Source: Cyanophora paradoxa CCMP329
Lineage: Eukaryota > Plantae > Glaucophyta
Assembly: GCA_004431415.1 (NCBI GenBank)
Contig: QPMI01000581.1
Location: forward strand, 36,021-100,020
Length of the DNA: 64,000 nt
Direction of reading: 5' to 3'
Part shown: positions 27,238-38,438 of the stretch, one piece after another
How the letters are laid out: each line of letters begins with the position of its first letter
Position numbering within the stretch: position 1 is the first letter of the stretch
Notes under the pieces: generated by a model
The model's input: the letters and a program-made list of their open reading frames with translations, nothing else
Told to the model about the DNA's origin: nothing
Databases searched by the model: none
Position numbers and translations under genes: made by a program

Positions 27238-30200
27238 ATGGACGTTACCCAGAATAATGCAGCGACTCGGCGCTTCCGGTTGGCCAGAATCAAAGACCAG
27301 ATCGAAGCGCTCGCGATATCATTGTATAATCGACGCGTCATACATTGGGCCTTCAAAAATAAATTGATTAGAATTTCAGCACAAGGCTCGAGAACACGTT
27401 TTGCAACGTTGGAAAAGTACGCTTCACTCTTGAACGAACTTGCAAGACTTCCTAGGTCAGCGCGTCCTGTGTCAGGTCGTCGACTAGAGCTAGCGATTGC
27501 TGAGGGCCAGGCCGACATTGTTCGAGGGTTCTCAGAATTACCTGAGGTTGACGGTGGAGATGATGTTCAAATCAATGACAGCAATACGACTACAGCGCTT
27601 GACGGGCGATATGCGGAGTGGAAATACCAATTGCCTCGCGGTTCTGGCCGCGTAACCTCGATGCAAGCCCGATTTGAGAACAACGAACTTTTCAAACAGA
27701 ACGCAATAGCATTCGTTAGCGCCCAGGTAAATCTTGCAGAGGCGGTAAGAATGGGCATTGCACTACAAATCTCTGGATTAGCGGTATACAGAAAGCCAGA
27801 GACTGATACAACAATTGCAATCATTATTGAGCATCGCCGTTTCGATCGCATCGAGCCAGGGCAAGCATCGAGACTGCTCTGCGCTCACAGCTGGAAGAAC
27901 TAGACATTCTTGCGACAGAGAAAAGCAGGGATTCCTCAGTTTTCGACACATGGATACATCTGGTCTTTAAAACTGTGCGATACTTCCGCCGCATGGGTGG
28001 CCGTGGACGTAGGTTCACACTCCCGCGGTGGCTTGTGGAGAAGCAGGCACTCATCAATATCGATGCTCCGAACAATGAATGCTTCAAGTATGCTGTACTT
28101 GCAGCTCAGCACGCGCTACGACCGGGCCAGGATTCACGCAGTGCTTGTCATTATCGACCGTATGAGAGCTCTTTGGACTGCACTATGCTCACATTTCCCA
28201 CCCCGCTAGATTCAAAGGTTTTCAAAAAGTTCGAGCAGGCTAACAACGTAAACCTATGTATTTATACGACAGCATTAGATGAACAGGACATTGTACCAAT
28301 CCATATCAGCGCAGCAAAAGACGCAATACCAATCTTGTATGTACCTGCAGGCAGCGACAATGATGTAGGGCATTATCTCTGGATCAAGAACATCTCACGT
28401 CTGTTTGGAAAACATGATTCTCCCGCCAAACACTATTGTCTTGCGTGTCAAACAGGTTTTAGCTCAGGTGCTGCGTTTGAAAATCATCTTAAATATGACC
28501 GTTGCCTCGATCGAGACGAGCATGCGAGAGATGTTCTGCCGAAAAAAGGAGCCCACATCCAGAAGTTTATTAACTATGAGTACTCAATCCGGCAACGTCT
28601 GGTCGGATATGCTGATTCAGAGACGATTACAATGCCAATTCCCTGCATTAGTGGAAAGACCGAAAAGAAAGGTGTGCATGTGATTGCTTCAGTCGGCTGT
28701 CTGGTTGTATCTTCGAAAGGTGAACAGTTTTGTTTCAAATACATGGGTTCGGAGAGCGAGGACTGCGCTGAGAAGTTCGTGCAATGGTTGGACGAAATGG
28801 AACCACAATTTCGAGAGCTCTTGCGAGAGACTGCACCAATCCAGATTACTCAGGAAGAGGAGCAGCGTTTTCAAACGACGACCGAGTGCTACATGTGCAA
28901 GAACACGTTCAAGGATGCGAAAGACAAGCACCGTGATCACTGCCACGAATCTGGCCGATATTTCGGGGCTGCCTGCAGAGCTTGCAATCGACGCCGCGCG
29001 AAATCAGCTGCTGTTCCATTATTCTGGCACAACGGTCGAGGATTTGACTTCCACCTGCTCGTACGTGCTCTAGCATCTGGCTATAACCGTCGTTTAGCAG
29101 CTTGGAAGGAGTTTCAAGCGCATGTCGAAAGCGAGTTTGAAAGCAAGTACGGTGGACGTGAGATGACCCCAGAGCAGAAAAAGAAGGCGAAGAAGGGGCT
29201 CGAACGCCGACTCCGCCCACAGAGTCTCCTTTCGATAAAATTCGATCAGGTCTTTCAGAATAGCGAGCGAATTTCGCAGTTCAAGTATGGAATTTACGTT
29301 CTACGGGACTCGGCTCAGCACTTGAATGCGAGCTTGGACGACCTTGCAAAGGCTCTGCCCGCGGAAAAGAAGAAGATCACGCGCTCGCTGTATCTGGACG
29401 AGACTCGGTTCAAGCTGATGACTAGCAAAGGGATTTACCCTTATGATTACATGACGAGCTGGGCTCGCTTTCAGGAGTCTAAACTGCCTGCACGTCGTTA
29501 TTTCAAAAATCAGCTTAAACAGAAGAAATGCACGAAAGATGAGTACGCACATGCGAAGGCTGTTTGGCGAGAGCTCGGCTGCAGAACGCTATCAGGCTAT
29601 ACAATGGAGTATATGATGACAGATATCGCGTTACTAGCTGACGTGTTTGAAAACTATCGTGATACGTGTATTGAAACGTATGGCCTAGATCCTAGCTATT
29701 TTATGTCATCGCCGGGATTTGCTTGGCAGGCAGCACTTAAGCACACTGGAGTGAAGCTCGAGCTCTTTCACGAGGGGCAGCAGGATATGCACAGATTTAT
29801 AGAATCCGGGATCAGGGGCGGAATCTCAATGATCTCAAAACGCTACGCACGAGCTGAGAACAAATATTTGAGCATAAAGTTCAACAAGTACACCCACGCT
29901 GTTGAGCCTACAGTCTCACAGTCTACATGCATGTCTAACTACTACCGAACACACAAGGAATCGTGGCTCATGTACCTCGATGCAAACAACTTGTACGGCG
30001 TCGCAATGAAGCGCAAGCTACCCACAGGAGATTTCCGCTGGGATAAACTAGATCAAGACGTTGATGTAATGCAGTACGTTGCAAGCCTTGACGCGGATGG
30101 AGCTCGTGGCTATGCTCTCGAAGTCGATATGTACATGCCTGAGCATCTCCATGACGAGTTCTCAGACTATCCGCTGGCCCCGAACGGATGTGTGTGTCCA

Positions 30201-31294
30201 AGGAACACCTATCAAAGCGACAACAGGATATGATTAACGACGAGAAGCTTACCTCAGTTGAACGAACTCCAAAGCTCGTTCCGAATCTGCTTCCAAAAAA
30301 GAATTATGTTGTTGATGGACGCTTGCTTCAGCTCTATACGTCACTGGGAATGATAGTAACCAACATCCATCGGGTCCTATCGTACGAACAAAGCGCATGG
30401 CTAGGGCGTTTCATAGATCTCAATACTCAAAAACGTAAAGAATCGCAGTTCACATACCAGAAGGACCTTTACAAGTTGATGAACAACAGTGTCTTCGGAA
30501 AGACGATGGAGAACGTGAGAAAGCACTGCTTTTCAGAGCTTGTGACTTCGGGAGACCGTCTGGTGAAGATCAACAGCGAACCAAATCGGTTGAAGCAGGT
30601 GGTGATGTACGAAGAGAACCTTGTATTCGTTTCCAAGCGCAAAAGTGAGTACAATCTGAACAAACCTATCTACTGCGGGTTCGTCATCCTCGAACTTTCC
30701 AAGCTGCACATGTACCGCTTTTACTACCAGGTGCTCAAGCCGCTTTGGGGCCAGCGGCTGACACTATTAGGTACGGATACTGACAGTCTCATCATCGAGG
30801 TTCGCACCAAAGATATCTATGCTGATTTACGCTCAATCAAGCATGAGCTGGATGTTAGCGACTACCCAGAGACACATCGATTCTTCGATGGCATGACAGC
30901 CGATGAGGTTCGAGCTCTACGATCGATGGGGAAAACTCCGGGATTATTCAAGGATGAGCTCCATGGTCTGCAAATGACAGAGTGGATCGCTAACCGGCCG
31001 AAATCTTATTATTATTCGCGTGAAGATTCCACGGACAAGCAGGTATGCAAGGGTATTCAAAAGACGTACTACAACAGACTCACAAGGGATGTATTCTTCC
31101 GGTGCGTCTGTCCTAAAGAGGGAGAAAAGCAATCGTATGACATCAAAGGAATTCTCGGTTTCCGCTCGAAACTACATGAGATTTATTTACAACGAACCTC
31201 GCGTCAGGCTCTTCATCCCCTTGATACCAAACGCTTCCTCGAGACTGACGGGATCAACACCCGAGCGATTGGACATTATAAAAATCGCGCCTGA
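27238..31294 (+). CDS. polB: Protein-primed family B DNA polymerase (frameshifts near 27865 and 30180)
   Basis: NNECFKYAV, YADSET (ExoI), HNGRGFD (ExoII), YMMTD (ExoIII), DANNLYG, KLMNNSVFGK, TDTDSL, and EndoVII-like RDHCHESG. Confidence 0.9.
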
Positions 31295-31303
31295 TTTACA
31301 AAG

Positions 31304-32206
31304 ATGTACCAGATTACTGCGCCACCGGGTGTCTGGCAAATTGACGTATTATTTATTGGGAGATTTCGCTTGTTTGCAGGAGTCGAGATTGCAACCCGCT
31401 TTGCTGTCGTCCGCAAGCTCGAGACCTTTAAGCAGCTTCCAAAAATGATTGCACAGCTGCCTGGAATCTGGGGTTTTTCTGGAGACAACGGTTTTAACAC
31501 AGCAGCGATTCGGGCAATGGCTGCAGAGAACTCGTTAAAAATGCACACTGATGTGGCTAAGGATGATCACATTTCAAAAGGAAACAAGCTGGGAATTATT
31601 GACAGGTTTGCGCGGACATTGCGAGCGTTGATCCAGGCAGACACCGAAGCACGTGGCTCACCGCATTTTCTGTCACGTTTGCCGGCAATTATTAAGGCGT
31701 ACAATGAAACAGCCCACAGCTCTTTCGGCGGAGAGCACTCCCCAACATGGATGCGGGAAAACTCGCAGGTTGCCGAGCAGTTGCATCAAGTGCGACAGCG
31801 ACAGAACGATATCGAACGAGAGAATGCTAACTTGCCTAGACCAGGAACCGAAGTGCAAGTCCTGGAGCCGAAGCCAAGCGTGTTTGCAAAGGGTGTGGCG
31901 AAACCAAGCAAAGAGACGTATGTTGTTGCTGGCGCTGATAGAAATCGCATAAGGCTTATCACTAAACAAGGCGTGGAGATTTCTAGGCGAGTAAAACCTT
32001 CCGAGTTTCGTGCTCCTCGTGAGCTGCCAGATCAGACAAAGATTAATCGCTCATCTGCTAGAGCAAAGCAAGAACGTCAGCTTATGCGCGAGGGATTGAT
32101 TGAAACGAAAAAATACAGCGGCCAAAGCCGACAGGATCGTGAGCTAAAGAAGCTCGAGGTTGCAGGAGAGCCAAAGCTAAGAGCAGGGGCTAAGCAACGT
32201 CTCTAG
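31304..32206 (+). CDS. Short rve-type integrase
   Basis: WQIDVLF / SGDNGF / KLGIIDRFARTL and YNETAHSS. Homolog of 42499-43580. Confidence 0.82.
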   Translation: MYQITAPPGVWQIDVLFIGRFRLFAGVEIATRFAVVRKLETFKQLPKMIAQLPGIWGFSGDNGFNTAAIRAMAAENSLKMHTDVAKDDHISKGNKLGIIDRFARTLRALIQADTEARGSPHFLSRLPAIIKAYNETAHSSFGGEHSPTWMRENSQVAEQLHQVRQRQNDIERENANLPRPGTEVQVLEPKPSVFAKGVAKPSKETYVVAGADRNRIRLITKQGVEISRRVKPSEFRAPRELPDQTKINRSSARAKQERQLMREGLIETKKYSGQSRQDRELKKLEVAGEPKLRAGAKQRL

Positions 32207-32507
32207 CAAGGCATCTACGCGCAATTGCAGTCTTGTGGTACTCGCGGATCCGATCAGGATTCTCAGCTCGATACTTCGCTGTGATGGCAAGCTGTTTCAA
32301 GCGGTATGTTTCGTTTGAATGACGAAGCTTTCGATTACGCTCGGCATTCTTCCTTCTGCGCTCCGCTAGAATCTCTGGGGTGACCTCGATCGGTTTAGGC
32401 CCCTTCTTTTCCGGCTGGTATGGCTCCATTGTTAAAAGACTAACCTTAGGAGGTCGCCCACGTCCACGCTTTACCACAGTACAATCCGCAGTAATTGCAG
32501 AAGTCAT
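32190..32507 (-). CDS. AT-hook basic protein
   Basis: KRGRGRPPK plus an Arg/Lys-rich helix. Confidence 0.55.
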   Translation of the reverse strand: MTSAITADCTVVKRGRGRPPKVSLLTMEPYQPEKKGPKPIEVTPEILAERRRKNAERNRKLRHSNETYRLKQLAITAKYRAENPDRIREYHKTAIARRCLARDVA

Positions 32508-32683
32508 TGCTCAGTTTGTCTCTCAATAATAAGACACATAAATCCTTTTAAGACAAATTAGCGCAACTTTTGGACGGCCACGCAAGCGTAGTCGTCAGAC
32601 AATCAGACTCTCCTGCGGCCTGCGGAGCGCTGACTAAAAGATAATGCAATCTGTAGATGTAACGAAAGCCGACTATTTTTTTA

Positions 32684-32994
32684 ATGGAACTTGAATTCGA
32701 AACGGTAGAGGAAGAGTTTAATCTCGAAGACTGCTGGCCTGGAAGAACTCACGAATCGCCTGATCATCTGATTTCGTTCGGCATTTACAAGGGCACATCG
32801 TTCCTGTGGATTGCATCAGCAAAACCAGATTACACTGCTTGGTTGCTTAGGCAGGCTTGGCTACCGGCTTTTGATCGCGCTGCTTTCTTACGTGTAAAAA
32901 CTTTGATAGAGCCGAAGTCACTCCAGACGATTTGTCAACAGAATAAACGCGGTCCGCGGTCGCAGCTTCATATATCAAAACCTGATACGAATGA
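32684..32994 (+). CDS. Small protein with an FGxYKG (DUF3820/ExoX-C-like) motif; 3' end uncertain
   Basis: ISFGIYKGTSFLWIASAKPDYTAWL. Residues after 32994 are read-through into the E5 TIR. Confidence 0.5.
32847..32994 (-). pseudogene. 3' end of the E4 packaging ATPase, separated from its 5' part by E5
   Basis: (H)SYQVLIY...VDK matches HSYQYIIW...YVDK of ATPase 12177 and joins 44245-44806 in frame across the TSD. Confidence 0.85.
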
Positions 32995-33310
32995 AAAAAA
33001 TGGTAAAGTGGGGCTACTGTCACCACATCGATTAATTCCCAATATATCAAACAATCCCAATCAAAATCCTCTCGATTCTCAGTCTTTACCAATCAGAATT
33101 CAACAAATTCTCAGTCTCTCAATCACAATTAATCGAAGTTATATCTTAAATTAATTAATCGAAGTTATATCATTATCTCGATTCATTATATTTAATCGAA
33201 GTTATATCTTAAATCTTATTTATCGAAGTTATATCATAATCTCGATTAATTATATTTAATCGAAGTTATATCAATATCTCGATTAGTTATATTCAATCGA
33301 AGTTATATCA
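32995..33310 (+). repeat. Left TIR of E5 with inner ATCGAAGTTATATC repeats
   Basis: AAAAAATGGTAAAGTGGGGCTACTG... is the reverse complement of 43996-44244. Confidence 0.95.
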
Positions 33311-33385
33311 ATTTTAAACGTAATCAAATTTTGACCGATCCAAAAAAATGACGACTGTTTTTAAATTAACCATATCGATCTGTAA

Positions 33386-33679
33386 ATGACCACCATAATA
33401 CCAGAAGATGTTGAAGAGATTCTTCAAGATATGCCCATAATTCCAGATGAGCAACAATTAAGCAAATTGATTGAGAAAACCGCTAATAGTGCTGGTTTAA
33501 ATGTTAACAAACTACCAAGCAAATATAAAACAAATCTTATGAAAGGCTTCTTATCTACCATGGAAACTATGAACACACACCAATACTCACAAATATTAGA
33601 AAAAAGACACGATGTAAACCATACACGCTGTAAATTACGTAGGAAATTGATTTTGAAAAACGCAATGGACACGAAATGA
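33386..33679 (+). CDS. Hypothetical protein
   Basis: 97-aa ORF with an ATG start and an AAAAAATGA motif upstream. Confidence 0.55.
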   Translation: MTTIIPEDVEEILQDMPIIPDEQQLSKLIEKTANSAGLNVNKLPSKYKTNLMKGFLSTMETMNTHQYSQILEKRHDVNHTRCKLRRKLILKNAMDTK

Positions 33680-33700
33680 GTTTCAAACATTCCTTGTTAT

Positions 33701-34468
33701 CTAAACCGTTATTGTTGTGGGTTCATTACTAATTCGTATTGATTCTCTCTTTTTTATCGCTCGTCTCTTAACAAACTTCTTAAAGCCTTTCATATCATCA
33801 TCTGTTAATATTGCGCGGTCTGTGTATACTTTGATATCATACCCTTGCAATCCAGTTATGACTGTTTGGTAATTGTAACCCCACATTTTATGTAACTCTT
33901 TGTAGGTCTTTTTATCAAGACCCCCATTATACTCATCATAAGCGCAGTTAAACTCCTTCTCATTCCCAAGAATATTGAAAAATACTACGAACTCAACATT
34001 TCGACGAATTGTAGTAGAAATAGAGCATAAACGTTGAGTATTAATAATTACTGTAATCGAATAATGACGGGCTGTCGTGATCAGTTTAGATAACACAGCC
34101 GAATTATGCATATCTAAATTGGAACCGATCATATCATCAAGTATAATAACAAGATTGTTGCGTTTTTCATTATTTTCAATTCGTTTCTTTTGCATGCTAA
34201 TGAGTTTCACTACTACATTATCGTCCCATTCCTCATAGATATTATCAGGATGCGTTATATCTCTGAACTGACCTGTAAATGCAGTAGAACTAAAAACTAC
34301 AATCTGATCGATCTTATCCCTCAGTTCATAAAGTAGATATTTGCAGTAGGTTGTTTTTCCCGAGTTGCTGCGCCCGCAAAGTAAAAAACGCGTGCTTAAC
34401 TTTACTGTTCTTGCAGGCTCAAACTCTGGGATGTCGTTCAAATCAATATCCATTCCTGTGTTATCCAT
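33701..34468 (-). CDS. A32-like packaging ATPase
   Basis: GRSNSGKT, IILDDM, TARHYSITVIINTQ. Confidence 0.92.
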   Translation of the reverse strand: MDNTGMDIDLNDIPEFEPARTVKLSTRFLLCGRSNSGKTTYCKYLLYELRDKIDQIVVFSSTAFTGQFRDITHPDNIYEEWDDNVVVKLISMQKKRIENNEKRNNLVIILDDMIGSNLDMHNSAVLSKLITTARHYSITVIINTQRLCSISTTIRRNVEFVVFFNILGNEKEFNCAYDEYNGGLDKKTYKELHKMWGYNYQTVITGLQGYDIKVYTDRAILTDDDMKGFKKFVKRRAIKKRESIRISNEPTTITV

Positions 34469-34596
34469 TACAGTAATAAGATAAAAAACAAAATAAACCC
34501 CTTAGCGCATGCAAGGCATGCTTGTCATGCCGACCCTACTACTTTTGCGCTTCCTACTCTAACGAAAGAAAAGAATCTACTTCCTTCGGTCGTTGC

Positions 34597-34614
34597 GCGC
34601 GGGCGAAACCGCGC
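34597..34614 (-). terminator. GC-rich hairpin directly after the MCP stop codon
   Basis: GCGCGG-GCGAAA-CCGCGC abuts the stop at 34615. Function is inferred. Confidence 0.35.
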
Positions 34615-35841
34615 TTAGAAGTTCGAGACTTTCAGGGTAGAAATGTTGTAGCCATTGAGGACCATAACATTGTGTCGTAGGGCATAGATATCAACCTGAA
34701 CAGGAGCAGCATCAGTGCATCCCGAAACAGTGAGATCCATGTAACTGGAACTGCTGTTGAAGAAATCCTGGTAACCCATAACACTGTTCCGAAGCGAATC
34801 TTTTCCAGATTTGGAAAGAACGATTCCGTAAATATTTCCATTCTCGAATCCATAAGTAGTATTGCCAACAGTAACACCCTTGTAATGAGAAGGAATGTGA
34901 TTGATAGCCGAGAGGAAACCAGAAATGGGTTTGTTGGAGATATCGAGGGAGCGATTGTTGTGGAAGATCTGGAACTGATCGATCTTAACATCCGATACAT
35001 GACCACAGAAATCCGAGTGAGTGTAGGTATTTAGTTTGTTCACCTCTCGAACAGTCATGAGAATTGAATGAACCAGTCCGGAAACATTAGCGAGTGTAAC
35101 CTCAACCGATTCACCAGCATCAGCGGTTTTGAGCGCTCGTGTCTTCTTGTGGATGACCTCTGTGATCGGAATGCGAATGCCACCTTGTTCATTTGCCATT
35201 TTCAAAAGTGTCTCAGCCTCAGCCGAAGCGATGTTTACGAATTGACAGATCAGGGAGCAATCTGAAAAGGTAACAGATCCACCGGCAGGAACTTTGACAA
35301 TTGCAGCATCACGGAAATCAACCTCGATTGTTGGCATATCAGCCAGAGTGCATAGTGGAAAATAGGCATCATCCCAGAAAGCAGCCGGGATTTTAACGAT
35401 GTATTCCATAGCCTCATCTGTGCTTTCACGATCAAGTTCTTTGAAGTAACCGAGAGAAGCATACATGCTGCTCATTGTAGCATGATCATTATCAATCAGA
35501 GCGTTAACAGTAATCCAGTCACCAGGGATGATATACTTGAAACCACCATGAACAAAGCGGACCTCATTAATAAAGGAAGAACCACCATTAGGGAGGGTGC
35601 AGGCTACACCACCACCAGTGGCAATCTTGAAATAGAGTGAAACACCAGCAAGGAGTTGTTTGCGAGGTAGATCGAAGTAAGCGGTATTCTTAAAGCCAAA
35701 AGTATTGCCTCGGGGACGAACTTGCTCGAGGAATGGTTTGTACTTGGGGTTGGTTCCGATTTGGAGACCAGGGGAAAGATAAATTTGATCAGAACCGGGA
35801 GTAACGAGGAGTTCCTTAAGGGTAGTTCCAGTGAGTGCCAT
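34615..35841 (-). CDS. Major capsid protein (double jelly-roll)
   Basis: 408 aa, beta-rich. YFDLPR..LLAGVSLYF, FINEVRF..GG and FPLCTL...IEVDFR patterns. Lies between the ATPase and the penton. Confidence 0.82.
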   Translation of the reverse strand: MALTGTTLKELLVTPGSDQIYLSPGLQIGTNPKYKPFLEQVRPRGNTFGFKNTAYFDLPRKQLLAGVSLYFKIATGGGVACTLPNGGSSFINEVRFVHGGFKYIIPGDWITVNALIDNDHATMSSMYASLGYFKELDRESTDEAMEYIVKIPAAFWDDAYFPLCTLADMPTIEVDFRDAAIVKVPAGGSVTFSDCSLICQFVNIASAEAETLLKMANEQGGIRIPITEVIHKKTRALKTADAGESVEVTLANVSGLVHSILMTVREVNKLNTYTHSDFCGHVSDVKIDQFQIFHNNRSLDISNKPISGFLSAINHIPSHYKGVTVGNTTYGFENGNIYGIVLSKSGKDSLRNSVMGYQDFFNSSSSYMDLTVSGCTDAAPVQVDIYALRHNVMVLNGYNISTLKVSNF

Positions 35842-35893
35842 CTCTTATGTTTAAAATACCAAAAGAAATTTTTAAAATGCTTTATTAAACAGA

Positions 35894-36793
35894 ATGACGC
35901 GTCATTACCTTAATATTGATTCCAGGGACCGAGATGATGGAACCCCAACGAACTTCACTTATAAAATTCCCCATGCAATCCAAAATGTGAGAGCCTGCAG
36001 AGTGACTAACTTTGAGATGTTCAATAACATTTACAATCTCAGCGAAAATGGAAGTTTGATTACAGGAACCTATGATGCTGGGGATGTAATTAAAACTAAG
36101 AATAACACTATTTCAAAAGGGACATATACTTCGGATAGTTTGGTGAATCTTCTAAATGCCAAATTAGCTTCACAGGTGTATGGTGCAGCAGGAACTACCT
36201 ATACTCGCCATTTCTACGTTACATATGATCCTGTTACCATGTTTCTAAGGTTCATGTGCGATGCAACATTTACCCTCACCTTTGGAAGTCGGATTTTAGC
36301 GAACTTCCTTGGTTTCCCAGATCGCAGACCTGACAGTTCTGAAAATGGTTACGCTTCTGCCCTGCTCGATTCACCTGTAACAGTTGGAGCTAATACTTAT
36401 AATTACTACATTGACAGTGTTATACCGCTTGATCTTCTGTTTAACTCTTACATCCTTCTACATGTCGATCCACTCAAAGGCAATTATGTTAGCAAGAATA
36501 CCAGTGATGATAAAGCCCTCGCAAAAATTGAGATTGACCAAACGGTAGGCAGTCTACTAAAATACGATTCATCGAATAATTCCATGATATTGCATGAGCA
36601 AAATGGTTTGGTGGAAGTTGAAACGCTAAAAGTTCGTCTTACATATTGGAATGGTGCTGAAACGGATATTACCACTGACTGGTCGATGACGCTTGAACTC
36701 ATTACGGAAGATGATAAAGATCTGACCAAGAAAGCATTGAAGAATGTCATTAAAGAGTTGGAGGGACTCTACTTGCCGTTCTCACGGTCATAG
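35894..36793 (+). CDS. Minor capsid/penton protein (single jelly-roll)
   Basis: LNIDSRDR...NFTYKI...NV; YILLHVD; LAKI; LKVRLTYWNG...DWSMTLEL. Confidence 0.82.
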   Translation: MTRHYLNIDSRDRDDGTPTNFTYKIPHAIQNVRACRVTNFEMFNNIYNLSENGSLITGTYDAGDVIKTKNNTISKGTYTSDSLVNLLNAKLASQVYGAAGTTYTRHFYVTYDPVTMFLRFMCDATFTLTFGSRILANFLGFPDRRPDSSENGYASALLDSPVTVGANTYNYYIDSVIPLDLLFNSYILLHVDPLKGNYVSKNTSDDKALAKIEIDQTVGSLLKYDSSNNSMILHEQNGLVEVETLKVRLTYWNGAETDITTDWSMTLELITEDDKDLTKKALKNVIKELEGLYLPFSRS

Positions 36794-36829
36794 GAAATAC
36801 TGTAGAATAAATTTGTCTCGATATTACAA

Positions 36830-37579
36830 ATGGCAACTCGAAAGACCCAGCCAAAGAATTTCTTAGCCAAACCAGTTGAGCAAGCGGAACCAGAACGGAA
36901 ACAGTTTAAGAAATCAAAAGGAACCGCTGCATATGGAACTGGTGATCTCGATAAAAATGTTCACCAGACCATGAATGCTCACACAATTGCGCTTACTTCA
37001 AACTCAAATGATGATAATGCCCTGGTTGATCAAGTCCCACTGAACCGCATGCCTGGAGCCAAACGAGGAATCAAGAAAGGACAGTTCAAATCATCGACAA
37101 AGGACAAGGTTGCCTCATCATCAACACTGCTGAAACTGCTTGATGGTGGTGAGCGACTCTACTCAACCTATTCCGAGAAAGACCATCGCAACCGCTACTT
37201 TATTCGTTCAACCACTGGTGGACTGAAATCTGTGACATACCAGTATGCTAAGAGTCTTGTTGATGGTATCGCAGCAGAGACCAAAAACGAAAACAGGATC
37301 AAGGAACAGCCAATCACAAAGGAAAAGGTTGAGAAGAAACCAGAAGTAACCCATGAAGTCATCCCTGAACCTGTTCATGTTGCAAAAGAATCGCCAGCCG
37401 AATTGATTGCAAAGACCATCGATTATCAAGAGTCCAACAAAACGGATTTGCCGGTCCTCAATAAATCGATCCTTCGGGTTGCCACTTCGCAGGCTGATCC
37501 AGTCAACTCGATTCCAAATGCTGCCCCAATGGTCTCAGGGTTTGCCAAGCTCGGTATTAAACCTGGTTATCGCCGTTAA
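36830..37579 (+). CDS. Lys-rich hypothetical protein (possible core/DNA-binding protein)
   Basis: 249-aa basic, low-complexity ORF following the penton. Confidence 0.6.
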   Translation: MATRKTQPKNFLAKPVEQAEPERKQFKKSKGTAAYGTGDLDKNVHQTMNAHTIALTSNSNDDNALVDQVPLNRMPGAKRGIKKGQFKSSTKDKVASSSTLLKLLDGGERLYSTYSEKDHRNRYFIRSTTGGLKSVTYQYAKSLVDGIAAETKNENRIKEQPITKEKVEKKPEVTHEVIPEPVHVAKESPAELIAKTIDYQESNKTDLPVLNKSILRVATSQADPVNSIPNAAPMVSGFAKLGIKPGYRR

Positions 37580-37939
37580 GGGACGGCTCACGCATCATTT
37601 CCGAATTAAAAAAATCTTGAACATTGTTAGCGCTACGTAACCAATCTTATCCCGTAGGCTCAAAACTTCTTCATTTTTATGGAGGCGTTGTAGAGCGAAG
37701 TGAATTATCCACAGATATCACTTTAATCACCTGTTCTACCGGGTTCAGTGGTAGAAACTTGCAGCCGACAAGTGAGCCTATTTGGTTTCGGTGGCTTTAT
37801 CATTTTTCCAGCATCTTCTTTCAGAATTGGATGCTCTGCGATTGGGACCAAAATTTGACAGGAGTTTAATCGCTATATACAGACAGAAAAACTACTTAAA
37901 GATTTCTTAACATATATTAAGAGAGTAGAAAAGGACAAA

Positions 37940-38197
37940 ATGCCAATCAGTGAGGCTCAGAAGCGTGCTACTTACCGTTATCGTAAAACTGAAAAAGGTC
38001 AGGAATATTTAAAAAAGTATAATGCGAAATTCGCGAAGCAAATGCGTGATTTATACCATACTGATGAGTGTTACAGAGCCATGAGAATCGTTGAGAGTTC
38101 CCAGCGTCTCTATGCTTCCAATGCAGTCTGCTTTGTGAAGTATCTCTATGGTGTCCCGTATTCTAACCGTGGTCGCAAATCGAAATATCTCTGTTAA
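37940..38197 (+). CDS. Small basic protein, homolog of 17319-17573
   Basis: Clear end-to-end alignment with 17319-17573. Confidence 0.72.
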   Translation: MPISEAQKRATYRYRKTEKGQEYLKKYNAKFAKQMRDLYHTDECYRAMRIVESSQRLYASNAVCFVKYLYGVPYSNRGRKSKYLC

Positions 38198-38438
38198 TCG
38201 TTTTTCTCAGCGCGATCTGCTCTGAGAAACCCGTGGGAACCGCGCTGGAACCACAAATAAAATCTTTCTGTTATTTTTAGAGTTCGATGATCGAGCCAAC
38301 CCTTTGTTATTTTTATGAATGCCCTCGACTAAATATATTTTGTTGGAGACTTTTGGTTTTGCCGGTAAAATTTGACGCGAGTATAAAAGTATTTAAAGAA
38401 AACTTTTGTAGGTATATATTAATAGAGTGAACAAAGAA

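Noticed and set aside
32995-33154. C-terminus of ORF 32684-33154 and ORF 44043-44231
   Set aside because: Both are translations of the E5 TIR.
34526-34536. HDV-like ribozyme (minus strand GGGTCGGCATG matches the antigenomic HDV start)
   Set aside because: Only 11 nt match, and I cannot build the nested double pseudoknot downstream.
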